Assembly: GCA_965203355.1 (NCBI GenBank)
Contig: OZ241889.1
Coordinates: 3,520,001 to 3,584,000, forward strand
DNA from: Candidatus Latescibacterota bacterium
GTDB lineage: Bacteria; Latescibacterota; UBA2968; UBA8231
Length of the DNA stretch: 64,000 nucleotides
Direction: 5' to 3'
The position numbers and the translations under genes are program-made. Under the pieces are notes generated by a model that saw nothing but the letters and a program-made list of their open reading frames with translations, had not been told where the DNA came from and made no database searches. Position 1 is the stretch's first letter. Every line of letters starts with the position of its first letter. This document shows, piece by piece, positions 1-10,437 of this stretch.

Positions 1-2
1 AC

Positions 3-536
3 CGCAAGGATTTGGCACGCATCGTCCGGCTCTTGGTCGATGGCCAGTACTTCGTCAGCGCGCGCTTGGTGCTCTCTTGCCGCCATCCCTACGGCGAGAG
101 TCTGGCTTTCAACGAGGTGACCTTGCGGGCGCACCACAAGATGCTCTCTACCGATGTCTTTGTCGACGATGCCAAAATCCGCACCATTCGCGGCGACGGC
201 GTGGTCGTTGGTACGCCGACGGGCAGCACCGGGCTGTTGCTGTCGATGGGGGCGCCGCTGGTCATGCCGGAAGTGCGCTGCATGTTGCTCGACGGCATCA
301 ACGAATACAACTTCACATCGCGGACGTTGATCCTGCCGGCTGAGAAACGGGTGCGACTGCGCGTCAGTCCCGAGACTTTGGACGGCCACGTGGTGCTCAT
401 TGCCGATGGCCGCGAGCTATGCAGTTTAGCGCCCGAGCAAGAGGTGTACGTCGGTCAAGCGGAACACACGGCGCGGCTGATTTATCTCGACGATAAGTAC
501 TTTTTTCACAACTTGTCGGAGAAGCTGTCTTGGTAG
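3..536 (+). CDS. nadK: NAD(+) kinase, C-terminal part (5' end outside window)
   Basis: NE motif (AFNEV) and GDGVVVGTPTGST match the NAD kinase DGxxxxTPTGST signature; the frame is open from the window edge. Confidence 0.8.
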   Translation, partial: RKDLARIVRLLVDGQYFVSARLVLSCRHPYGESLAFNEVTLRAHHKMLSTDVFVDDAKIRTIRGDGVVVGTPTGSTGLLLSMGAPLVMPEVRCMLLDGINEYNFTSRTLILPAEKRVRLRVSPETLDGHVVLIADGRELCSLAPEQEVYVGQAEHTARLIYLDDKYFFHNLSEKLSW

Positions 537-762
537 AATTGTATTTTGCGTGTACTCTGAATATGCTGAGACAGGCTGGACTCAAAAATGACCTTTACTC
601 CCGCAGATTTCTGCATTGGTGAGAGTGGCATTTGGTTTTATTCCCTTATGTGGGAAAATGGCAAAGAAGAAGAGCCTGTTGCTTTTTTGGACGATAGAAA
701 TGTCACTGAGACCGTGTCGCGATGCTGAACAACACGATGACTTTCCCGACAAAGGAGACACT

Positions 763-1374
763 ATGCACGTGGGAATAATCGGCGCGGATCGCCCTTGGGG
801 TGCGCTGCTAGCGGCTGAGTTGGGTGCGGAGTTTGAAGTGATGGGGCTCGGCGCGGAAGACAGAAGCGATCTAGCAAACTATCGGCAGGTTGATTTGCTT
901 CAGCGCGAGGCACTAGAGCCGGCGTTGACAGGCGTGCATGCCATCGTCCATGCGGTGAGCGGCGATCCGGCTGGCAACGACGACGGGGTCGTGCTCGATG
1001 TGGCAGCGCGCGGGACCTACGTGGCGCTGACGGCGGCCTGTGCTATCGGCATTGAGAAAGCCGTGCTGCTGAGCAGCCTCGATTTGCTGCGCGACTACCC
1101 GGAAGAATATATGGTTGATCCGCAGTGGAATGCTTTGCCACGGGCGGAAGCCGGGTCGTTAGCACCGCTTATGGCTGAATTGGTTGGTCGCGAGATCGCC
1201 CGCACGGGTCGAATCGAGGTGCGCTGTCTGCGCTTGGGTGCGCTGGGTGCGGAGACTACGACCGACGACACGGTGGCCGCTGTGCGCCAAGCCGTTACCG
1301 CCGAGCGCGAAGGGCATCACTGGTCGCTGGCGCACGTGGCGTCGAGCGGGCGTTTCGCCTTGAAGAGGACATGA
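763..1374 (+). CDS. NAD-dependent epimerase/dehydratase-like protein (degenerate motifs)
   Basis: ATG at 763 follows an AAGGAG RBS; Rossmann-like start (HVGIIGA), VHAIVH, RGTYVALTAA, VLLSS, CLRLG. Confidence 0.65.
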   Translation: MHVGIIGADRPWGALLAAELGAEFEVMGLGAEDRSDLANYRQVDLLQREALEPALTGVHAIVHAVSGDPAGNDDGVVLDVAARGTYVALTAACAIGIEKAVLLSSLDLLRDYPEEYMVDPQWNALPRAEAGSLAPLMAELVGREIARTGRIEVRCLRLGALGAETTTDDTVAAVRQAVTAEREGHHWSLAHVASSGRFALKRT

Positions 1375-2174
1375 TGGCAACGGTGAACGAAGGCAAGGTG
1401 GTGTTGTTTGGGGCGGGTGGTCCAGTCGGCGCGGCCGCGATTGACGCGCTCAAAGGCCATTACACGTTGCGGGTGACCGATCGGCGGCCCATGGCAGAAG
1501 TGGCGGCCGCGCCGCCGCAAAGTCCCCGTGCGCCGGTCCCGGAGGTGTTGGGGCCACCGCACGAAAATCAGGTCGTCGATATTACCGACTACGCGCAAGT
1601 GCTGGCCGCCTGCGAGGGCATGGACGCGGCGATCAATGTATCCGTCGTCCGGCCGCATCCCGTGCTGGCCTTCCAAGTCAACATGGTTGGTGCGTACAAC
1701 GTGGCCAAAGCCTGCGTCGCCTGCGGCATAAAAAGGCTGATTCACACCGGGCCTTTTCACACTTCGCTGGATCACAACGCCGACTATTGGCACGACTTCC
1801 AAGTGGAAGCCGACATCCCACTGCATCCGGGCGACGATCTCTACGCCGTGAGCAAGTACTTAGGTGGACACATTACGCGCGTGTTTGCCGAGCGCGAGGG
1901 CTTGGAGGTGCTCGCCTTTGTCTACACGCATTTTCGGCCGCGGGAAATTTTGCCCGAAGAACGTGGGCAAGGAGTGGATCCGTACGCGACTTCGTGGGAG
2001 GATACTGGGGAAGCGTTCTTGTATGGGTTGCGGGCACCCGAGATGCCGTCGCCGTACGAAAATTTCTTTATCTGTGCGAAGCTGCCGCACGACAAGTACC
2101 GGCCCGACAAAGCCAAGCGGCTCTTGGGATGGGAAGCCCAGGATCGGTTTGAGGCGTTGTATACGCGGCCTTAG
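1371..2174 (+). CDS. NAD-dependent epimerase/dehydratase (uronate dehydrogenase-like extended SDR)
   Basis: GAGGPVG glycine motif, VNMVGAYNV, YAVSK catalytic motif, AKRLLGWE C-terminus; ATGA overlap with the upstream gene. Confidence 0.8.
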   Translation: MMATVNEGKVVLFGAGGPVGAAAIDALKGHYTLRVTDRRPMAEVAAAPPQSPRAPVPEVLGPPHENQVVDITDYAQVLAACEGMDAAINVSVVRPHPVLAFQVNMVGAYNVAKACVACGIKRLIHTGPFHTSLDHNADYWHDFQVEADIPLHPGDDLYAVSKYLGGHITRVFAEREGLEVLAFVYTHFRPREILPEERGQGVDPYATSWEDTGEAFLYGLRAPEMPSPYENFFICAKLPHDKYRPDKAKRLLGWEAQDRFEALYTRP

Positions 2175-2379
2175 ATTGAGTGCCGCCTTAACGGGAAACC
2201 GCGGCGGCCATACCTTGGGCACAGGCTGCTTGGATGGAGAAGTTTTATAGAAGTATTGACTACTAAAAATCTAACAAGGAGCCTTTTTTATTTTACGACA
2301 CTACGGAACAAGGCCCCTCGGTTTATGGACCAACGTCGAGTTGGGCTGATGCTCCTAAATTTTCAACAAAAGGAAAGTT

Positions 2380-3942
2380 TTGGTAGTAAATGAAGAGGTA
2401 GAACAACTCCATCCGCTAGACGACGAAGGGCACGAGAAACTATTCGGTTTAGATATCTATCTGACCCCAGTATTTACAATTTCCAGTATCACCATTGTCG
2501 TTTTTGTCACTGGGGCACTCGTCTTCCAAGAAGCCGCGACGGAAGTTTTTGGCAATACCCGCGAGTGGCTGACTGTAAATCTCGATTGGTTTTTTCTAAG
2601 TACTGCTAATCTTCTCCTACTGTTTTGTCTGTATGTGGCCTTCTCGCCACTCGGTAAGGTGCGACTCGGAGGGGCCAAGGCAAAACCCGAATACTCCAAC
2701 CCAACTTGGTTCGCCATGCTCTTTGCCGCTGGCGTGGCCATTGGTTTGTTGTTTTACGGCGCCGCCGAGCCGATCTACCACTTCCAAAGCCCACCGCTTG
2801 GTCTTCCCGCCGGAACAGAAGAAGCCGCGGCCGTCGGGATAGCGACAACCGTTTTTCACTGGGGGTTGCACGCTTGGAGCATGTACGGCGTCGTTGGACT
2901 CGCCCTCGCGTACTTCGCCTATAATCGCGGATTGCCGCTCACCATTCGCTCGGCGTTCTATCCCTTGTTCGGCGACCGCATCTGGGGCTGGCCCGGCCAT
3001 ATCATCGATACATTTGCCATCTTCGCCGGTTTGTTCGGGCTTGCGACTTCGCTCGGCTTTGGCGTTAAACAGCTCGCCTCCGGGCTGCATTATTTGTTCG
3101 ATGTTCCGGCCAACAATACCACCATGGTAGTGCTGATTGTCGCGATTACGTTCTTCGCGCTGAGCTCGGTGCTGACGGGTCTCAATGTCGGCATCAAACG
3201 CCTTAGCCAATTCAATATCATTCTCGCGCTTTTGTTGCTGTTATTGGTTTTTGTGCTTGGGCCGACGGGCTACATTTTCCGCGGTATGTTCGCCGCGTTT
3301 GGTAGCTATTTCGCCAATGTTGTGTCGCTTAGCAATTGGATTGGGCGCGAGGACGCGGGTTTCCTGTACGGCTGGACGACTTTTTACTGGGCATGGTGGC
3401 TTGCGTGGGCGCCTTTTGTCGGCATGTTCATCGCCCGCATTTCCAAGGGCCGCACCGTGCGCGAATTTACGCTCTTTGTCCTCATCCCGCCGGTGGTGTT
3501 GTGCTTTCTGTGGTTTGGCACTTTTGGCGGCACGGCCCTCCATCAGCACCTCGTTGAGGGCTATTCGGGTGTAACCGAGAATGTTGCGGCGGGGAAGGAA
3601 GAAATCGCCTTGTTCAAGATGTTCGACCAACTCCCGCTGACCGGGTTGCTGTCATTGATGGCGCTCCTGTTGCTCGTCGTATTTTTTGTTACCTCGTCGG
3701 ACTCCGGCTCGTTGATCGTCGATACCATTGCAGCCGGTGGCAAAGTGGACGCCCCGGTAGCGCAGCGGGTCTTTTGGTGTGTGATTGAGGGGTTAGTCGC
3801 TATAACCCTCTTACTTGGCGGCGGGCTGAATTCGCTGCGGGCGGCCTCGATCGCGACTGGCTTCCCGTTTGCCCTGATCGTCTTGGGCATGGCCGTCTGC
3901 GTCTGGATAGGGCTGCGCCGCGAAGTGCGTGCTGTGCCCTGA
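2380..3942 (+). CDS. BCCT family (betaine/carnitine/choline) transporter
   Basis: WFAMLFAAG, FHWGLHAW, WTTFYWAWW.AWAPFVGMFIARISKGRT.REF and FFVTSSDSG signatures; many hydrophobic segments. Confidence 0.95.
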   Translation: MVVNEEVEQLHPLDDEGHEKLFGLDIYLTPVFTISSITIVVFVTGALVFQEAATEVFGNTREWLTVNLDWFFLSTANLLLLFCLYVAFSPLGKVRLGGAKAKPEYSNPTWFAMLFAAGVAIGLLFYGAAEPIYHFQSPPLGLPAGTEEAAAVGIATTVFHWGLHAWSMYGVVGLALAYFAYNRGLPLTIRSAFYPLFGDRIWGWPGHIIDTFAIFAGLFGLATSLGFGVKQLASGLHYLFDVPANNTTMVVLIVAITFFALSSVLTGLNVGIKRLSQFNIILALLLLLLVFVLGPTGYIFRGMFAAFGSYFANVVSLSNWIGREDAGFLYGWTTFYWAWWLAWAPFVGMFIARISKGRTVREFTLFVLIPPVVLCFLWFGTFGGTALHQHLVEGYSGVTENVAAGKEEIALFKMFDQLPLTGLLSLMALLLLVVFFVTSSDSGSLIVDTIAAGGKVDAPVAQRVFWCVIEGLVAITLLLGGGLNSLRAASIATGFPFALIVLGMAVCVWIGLRREVRAVP

Positions 3943-4009
3943 ATGCTGACGGAGCAAATGTTACAAATTAGCAGATTAAATACACCCAATCTCAAATGAA
4001 GGATATCCT

Positions 4010-6526
4010 GTGATGAAACTTTTGTATAGGTGCGTCTTGGTGCTAGTCGCCGCTTTGGTTTGGGCTGTGCCGGCTTGGACGCAAGCGACAGGTACTGTCG
4101 TCGTCACCGTAGTTGACGACGACAGCGGTCAGGTGTTGGAGGCGGCCTTGGTCCATATCCCGGCCTTGGACCTAGGCGGAATGTCGGACGCACAGGGCCA
4201 GTTTACCATGACCGACGTGCCGGTGGGCGAGCACGCGTTGCGCGCCGAACAGATCGGCTACTCGCCAGCGACCACCCCGGTTGTGGTAGAGGCCGGACAA
4301 ACCGCGACCGTCGAGTTGCGGATAAAACCCGCTGCGCTGCTTCTCGAAGAGTTGGCGGTGACCGGCACGGCTGTTAAGAACTCTCCGGTCAGTTCGACCT
4401 ACGCCGTTGCGGTGACGGGGCGGGACGAGATGGCCGAACAAGGGGCGCCCCAGCCGGTTGATTTCTTCAAAAATTTGAGTGCCAGTCACGGGGTGATCGG
4501 CGAGCGCAGCAGTTGGTACAATGCCAACCAAGCCGCCACTCTTTCCGAGAGCATTGCCAATGTCAATCTGCGCGGTCTGGGTGCTTCGCGGACGCTGGTG
4601 TTGATCAACAGCCGCCGCCAAACCTACGTCCCGGCGCGCTTGATCGGCGGGCGCTTCGTCGATGTAAATGCCATTCCCGCCATCGCCGTGGACCGGGTCG
4701 AGGTGCTCAAAGAAGGGGCCGCGGCTATCTATGGTTCGGATGCGGTCGCCGGGGTCGCTAATTTCTTGACCCGCTCCGACTTTGAGGGTTTTGAGGTTTC
4801 GGGAGCGCATGAATATATCGCTGGCGCGGGCGATTCCAACGTCGGCGCGATCTGGGGTGGAAAAATCGGCGCGGCTCATGCGATCGTCGCTGGGGAATGG
4901 CGGGGACGGCAGGCGCTACCTGTTTCTGAGCGGGACTATTTGCTACAGCCGTGGCATGGCGGCGGGCAGCGCCTGGGTTGGTCGAGCTTGGGCAACCCGG
5001 GCACCTTCGCCGTTGGTGCTCCGGCTCCGTGGACCGCTGCCATTCACGCTCCGCGTTGCGAGCAGTTTGGCGGTTTCCGGGAATCTTGGACCTGCCGCTT
5101 CCGCTATCAGCAGTACGAGAATCTAATTGAGGACATGAGCCATGTACGCGCTTTTGCCGAGATCAATGGCGAATTGGGCAATGGCACGGAGTATCACTTA
5201 GAGGGGCTGTTGGCCCAAGCTGAGATCCCCGAATGGTACACGACCCCTTCGTATCCGCCTTTTCCCTTGACCGATACGAGTATCATGGAAGTCGCGCCCA
5301 ACCATCCGGGCCGGCAGGCATTCTGTGCGGACTACGGCGCTGAAGAAGGCGACCTGTACTACCGCGAATGCCAAGGCGAAGAGAACTGGTATTTCAACGG
5401 TCGCCCGTTTGGCAACTCGGGGCCCGGGCGCATACTGGGCCGGGACTCTCGCACTTTGCGCTTTGCCGTTTCCGCCCATGGTGACTTTTCGTCGTTTGGC
5501 GGTCGAGAGACTCATTTTGACCTAGGGCTGTCCTATTCTCGCACGGAGGGTAACTACAATCTGCCGGGTGTGTACATCGAGCGGCTGTTTCTTGGCTTCC
5601 GCGGGTTTGGCGGCCCGGATTGTGGTGTCGGCGTGGAGGCCGATAACACGTCTCTTGCTGGGATGCGGCTCGGTCCACGCAACGGCCAAGTGGCGGGTCA
5701 GGGCGACTGCCAGTACTACAATCCCTTTGGCAATGCCATTGAGTTCGCGGAGCAAATCGGCGCGAATTTTGCGACCCAAGCGAATCCCGATTACCGCCCC
5801 GAGCTTGCCAACAGTTCCGAGCTGCGGCACTGGCTCAATCAGGAAGTTGATATGCAGAGCACCGCGGATATGCTGGTGGCCGATGCGACTCTGACGGGAA
5901 CGTGGATCGAAAACGTCGCTAGCTACGCGGCCGGCTACCAGTTCCGTTTGCTCAATGCCAGCGGCGAGCCCAACGACGAGGGCGACGTGACCATCAATCC
6001 TTGTCCGGTGGTAGGCGATGCGAACTGCTCAGCCGAGGATATGTTCGGGCCTTATGCGTTTACCAATGTCCACCGGCCCTATGATGAATCGCAGACAGTG
6101 CATCGCTTCTTTGCCGAGATTCCCCTGAGCTTGGGCTCGCGCTTTGATACCCAACTGGCCGCCAACTACGAGTTCCACGACGTGGCGAGCAGTTTCGATC
6201 CCAAGTTTGGCTGGCGCTATCAGCTAGTGGAATCGCCGACTCAATCCTTGTTTCTGCGCGGCTCGGTGCAGACGACGTTTCGCACGCCATCGCTGGACGA
6301 CGTAAATGAAAGTCCGCTGACAACGCTGGAGTGGATCAATGAAACGGGTGCCTACCAAACGGTGGACCGATTTGGCAGCAAGGACCTCAAACCCGAACAG
6401 GCTTTCACTTATAACGCGGGATTTGTCTTGGTCTCGGAGGCGGGTTTTGATGCGACACTCGACTACTGGGGCTACGATTTCAAGGATGTCATCGGCTCCA
6501 TGCCGCACGGGGCTATTACCGCCTTA
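4010..6526 (+). pseudogene. TonB-dependent receptor, C-terminally truncated by IS insertion
   Basis: Signal peptide, carboxypeptidase-regulatory-like N-domain, plug motifs NLRGLGASRTLVLIN and RVEVLKEGAAAIYGSDAVAGVANF. It ends shortly after LKPE..T.NAG, where the IS starts at 6527, so the last barrel strands are missing. Confidence 0.85.
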
Positions 6527-7454
6527 GAAGCCTTTTTAAAATTCACTTTTAGTTGATTTTCCCTTGAAAGGACGTACCCATGAACCGACCTTTAGGTTTC
6601 ATCACAAAGCCTGAAAGGGGGGTTATATATGGGTACGCCCGGTGTAGAATATGCGACGGATTTGACCGATGCACAATGGCTGTTACTTGCTCGTCTGCTG
6701 CCTCGGGGCCGTTGGCGTCAAGGGGGTCCGGGTCGGCCACCTCGGGCGGTGCGTTTGGTGATGAATGGTCTACTGTATCGGGCTAAAACCGGGTGTCCTT
6801 GGCCGATGCTGCCGCGGTGTTTTGGGCCTTGGCAAACGGTGTATGGCTACTTCAATCGCTGGCGTCAACAAGGGGTTTGGCCACAGATACTCGACGCCCT
6901 AACCAGGCAGGATCGCATCCAGCACGGCCGGGCACCGACCCCGTCGGCGGGGATCGTGGACGCGCAGAGCGTTACCACGGCCACCCAAGGTAAAAGTGTT
7001 GGATACGATGCCGGCAAGAAGGTTAAAGGACGCAAACGCCATCTGTTGGTCGACACCGAGGGTCGTCTGATTGAGTGTGTGGTGACCGCTGCTTCGACCT
7101 CGGATGCCGACGGCTTGAAGACCTTGTTGAAAACCTACTTTTCACCCACGGTACAAAGGTTACGCAAGCTGTGGGTGGATGGAGCCTATAAAGGCGCGCC
7201 GCTTAGGCAATGGGTGGCTCAAAAAAAAAACGCACAAAATAGACCTTGAAGTCGTATCCAGACAAGGCTCCGGCTTTGAGGTGCTCCCTCGTCGTTGGGT
7301 CGTCGAACGAACGTTTGCTTGGCTACTCAACTATCGAGTCCATGCCAAAGACTACGAGCACCTAACTTGCAATAGTGAAGCCTTTATCCAAATCGCGATG
7401 ATCCATTTGATACTCAAGCGAATCGCTAAAAAAAATGAATTTTAAAAACGCTTC
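6527..7454 (+). mobile_element. IS5-family insertion sequence (IS1031-like), 928 bp
   Basis: 18-bp terminal inverted repeats GAAGCCTTTTTAAAATTC (6527-6544) and GAATTTTAAAAACGCTTC (7437-7454) match at 17/18; TTA on both sides (6524-6526, 7455-7457). Confidence 0.93.
6629..7445 (+). CDS. IS5-family DDE transposase split over two frames (6629-7249, 7179-7445) at an A10 run
   Basis: [10 protein letters not shown], [42 protein letters not shown] and [11 protein letters not shown] motifs; A10 at 7221-7230. Confidence 0.92.
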
Positions 7455-7593
7455 TTAATGTTCCCGCCATGCGCCTTCTCGCCCTCTTTCATTTTTGAAA
7501 TCGCTGGACACGTACACACAAAAGCGGCGTCTGTATTTTGGCACAGGCACCGCTTTTGTGTGTACGTACGAGGCAGTCAAGGCCAAGTGCCGT

Positions 7594-7651
7594 GTGTTGT
7601 GCCAGTAGGCACGTTGATACACGGATTTTCCGCTGACGGCCAGTTCTGCCA
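7594..7651 (-). repeat. Decayed copy of a 3' segment of the ABC substrate-binding gene (8733-8791)
   Basis: GTGTTGTGCCAGTAGGCAC(T)GTTGATA.ACGG.TTTTCCGCTGACGGCCA.TTCTGCCA at both places, with 1 indel and 3 substitutions. Confidence 0.9.
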
Positions 7652-7692
7652 GTTTGTCGGAACGCCATAACGCACACGGCTGTAATCATCAA

Positions 7693-8689
7693 TCAAAGCC
7701 GTTGACAAATGACGATGTTTTCCTCTTGCATTGTGGCAGCCTTCTTACCCACAATATTGGATGGACTATTCTGTTGGGGCATGCGTTTGTTAGGTATATT
7801 CCTAACGATGGTTTCCCGATGAGAAAATCCATGTTGAGCGAAGGCAAAAACAACAAACTCATCTGTCGGCAGGATGACATCTTTAACGCGGCGATTACCA
7901 ACCACATAGCAAATCGTTGCATGTTTTGCAAGCAGCGGCGCAATGCAATCTATACTGTGCTCTAAATCAATGTAAAATGCCTCGACTTGGATAGCGCGTT
8001 TTTCATCCACGGCACGGATTTTTCCAATCGCTTCCGCAACGGGAGACGCACACAATTTTCTTTCTTTCTTTTTGCCGCCCATTGATATTCGGTCAACTTT
8101 ACGCGAATCCAGCAAGCCGATCCAGTCAGCCGATAAACGCGAAAACTGACCATACGCAACTGTTGTTTGTGAGTCGCCATACGGCGGAGATGTGATGACC
8201 AAATCGAATCCTCTCAACGGTTGTCTTTCGGGCAACTCGCCATTTGCGGTATTCTTACCCGAGACAAATATATCGACATTTTTTCTTTTATTTAGATAAC
8301 TTCCAAAACCCGACCGATTGCGGCTTAGCTTGCTCTGCAAAATACCGAAAACATCCGGCTTGAAGTTTTCCATTTTCTGAGACGATATTCTGTTCAATTT
8401 GAACTCGCTATTCTTCGTGTAGGAACATTCCCGAACTGTCTCTGAAAATGCGACCCAAAAGAAATTGCGAACTCCCTCATCTTCTATGGCGTAAATGTAT
8501 GAACGAAGAAAAGATAGGTACGTCGTAACATCTTTAGAGAACCAATAGTCCAAGTTTAGGACATCAGGAACTGATGTATAAGGTATTTGATCAGAGAAAC
8601 CAACCTTAAAAATAGTGTTATCTAAATCCCGCAAATGAAAATCGAGGATTTGTAGGGAAATCGGCGAGGTCTTAGCTATTGCGACCAGA
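7693..8689 (-). pseudogene. Site-specific amino-DNA methyltransferase (SPPY, probably N4-cytosine), 5'-truncated
   Basis: DLVITSPPYGDS motif IV, YVVGNR, RNIPNKRMP..NSP, LDYWFS. No motif I (FxGxG) and no start codon; it begins right at the SBP stop. Visibly AT-richer than its flanks. Confidence 0.75.
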
Positions 8690-10420
8690 CTACCCCGCCA
8701 CCGGCTCCAGCCCGAGCAACACCAACAGCCACGTGTTGTGCCAGTAGGCACTGTTGATATACGGGTTTTCCGCTGACGGCCAATTCTGCCAATAGGTCTG
8801 GTTGTGCGGGATGCGGTGATACCACTGAACAATGGGGATGGCGGGCAACTCGGCCAGCCAGATTTCCATGGCCTGGCGGAAGAGCGTTTGCAGCACCGGG
8901 TCGTCGGGCGCAGTCTGCCCCATCTGATCGACCAGTGCGTCAAACTCTGGATTCGACCAGCGCCAGAACCGCTCAGAATGCGTACCGGTGGGCCGGACGA
9001 AACGACTGTGGTAGAGCCGCAAGGTGAAATACGGATCGCGTACGCTCGCGCCATTGCCCATCAAGAAGGCCCGCGCCGAACCCTGCGCCATGCGCGAAAA
9101 CGCATCGGGCGTCATGCGGAAGTCAGCGTCGAAACCTGCGCGTTCCAACTGCGCCACCAAAACCGGCGTTAAGTCGGTAAAGATGTCGAAAATGTCAATG
9201 ACGATCTTGAGCCGCTCGCCCTCTTTGGTCCAGAAACCCTCGGCGTCCTTGCTCCACCCCTTGCGCTCCATAATCGCCGCGGCTTTGGCCGGATCGTGGA
9301 CGCCGATCTCGTACTTTTCCACCAAGTCTTGAATCGCGTCGGTGTATTGGCGAATGGGCGGGAAGTCCGGCAGCGGCAGATGCGATTTGGTCCCCGCTCC
9401 CTGCCAGCCAATGGCCACCAATTGGTCGCGGTCAATGGCGTAGTTAATGGCGCGGCGGATCGCCGGGTCGTTAAATGGCGGCTCCAAGTTGTTGAATCCC
9501 AAGCTCACCGGCCACCAATCGAGATACCCGAGCGGCAACGCGCGCCCGGTCCACGTGGAGACGTTGGGATTGGCGTCGAGAATCGACTGGATGTTCGGCG
9601 GTCGGATGTCGAGGCAGGTGTCCATGGCGTTGGAGATCAAGTTCTGCACCCGCTTGGTCTCCTCCATGTGCGTCAGATAGATGATGCGCTCCACCGCCGG
9701 GGGCTGGTGAAAGCCCGTCTTCTGCGCCCACCAACCCGGGCGCAAATCCCACACCCGTTGTTCGGGCACGGAAATGAAAATTTCGTACGGGCCGCTGGCC
9801 ACCGGCCAGCCTTTTTCCGGGTCGAAGTTGCTAAACGTCTGTGGGTCTTGGCCCTGCCAAATGTGCTTGGGCACGATGGGGATGCCGTTGTCGAAATTGT
9901 TGGTGAAGTAGCTGAATACAAAGCGCGGATTGGGCTTGGTCAGCGCGATTGTGGCCGTGTGGTCGTGGGTAGCTACGGCGCTTTTTACCCACGTCTGCAT
10001 GTCGGTGGAAAAAGACAGATGCGGCGCGTGGTCCTTGAGCATGTTGATCGTAAAAACCAAGTCGTGCGCCGTCCACGGCTGCCCATCGCTCCACTCAACC
10101 CCCTCGCGGATGTGAATGGTGACCGCGGTGTAATCGTCGTTGTACTCGTGCCCAGTGGCAATCCAAGGAATGATGTTGTCGGCGTGTGGGCTGTAGGCGT
10201 TGTAGAAATACAGGGGCTCGTACTGGAAGTTCCAACCCGTCTTGGAGACGCCGGTCAGCAAAAACGGATTAAACGAGTTGTAGTCCTTGATCTGGCCGCT
10301 ACAGTCCTGCAAACTGGAACAATCCATGACCAAGGTGCGATTCCGAGGCACATTCTTGTGCCCTTCGCCGCTGCAACCGACCCATAGTACACTCACTAGG
10401 CACAACAACAGAACCTGCAT
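8690..10420 (-). CDS. Peptide/nickel-type ABC transporter substrate-binding lipoprotein (family 5)
   Basis: ATG at 10420 after GGAG; lipobox-like LWVGC; IREGVEWSDGQPWTAHDLVFT and PFNDPAIRRAINYAIDR. Confidence 0.92.
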   Translation of the reverse strand: MQVLLLCLVSVLWVGCSGEGHKNVPRNRTLVMDCSSLQDCSGQIKDYNSFNPFLLTGVSKTGWNFQYEPLYFYNAYSPHADNIIPWIATGHEYNDDYTAVTIHIREGVEWSDGQPWTAHDLVFTINMLKDHAPHLSFSTDMQTWVKSAVATHDHTATIALTKPNPRFVFSYFTNNFDNGIPIVPKHIWQGQDPQTFSNFDPEKGWPVASGPYEIFISVPEQRVWDLRPGWWAQKTGFHQPPAVERIIYLTHMEETKRVQNLISNAMDTCLDIRPPNIQSILDANPNVSTWTGRALPLGYLDWWPVSLGFNNLEPPFNDPAIRRAINYAIDRDQLVAIGWQGAGTKSHLPLPDFPPIRQYTDAIQDLVEKYEIGVHDPAKAAAIMERKGWSKDAEGFWTKEGERLKIVIDIFDIFTDLTPVLVAQLERAGFDADFRMTPDAFSRMAQGSARAFLMGNGASVRDPYFTLRLYHSRFVRPTGTHSERFWRWSNPEFDALVDQMGQTAPDDPVLQTLFRQAMEIWLAELPAIPIVQWYHRIPHNQTYWQNWPSAENPYINSAYWHNTWLLVLLGLEPVAG

Positions 10421-10437
10421 GACATTTCTCCGGTACG

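Noticed and set aside
2270-2365. Fluoride or c-di-AMP riboswitch
   Set aside because: GCTGATGCTCCT resembles the fluoride 3' end, but the 5' GATGG..TTC core is absent and the ydaO consensus is not matched.
8690-9054. N-terminal extension of the 453-aa methyltransferase ORF
   Set aside because: It is an alternate frame of the SBP gene with no methyltransferase motifs.
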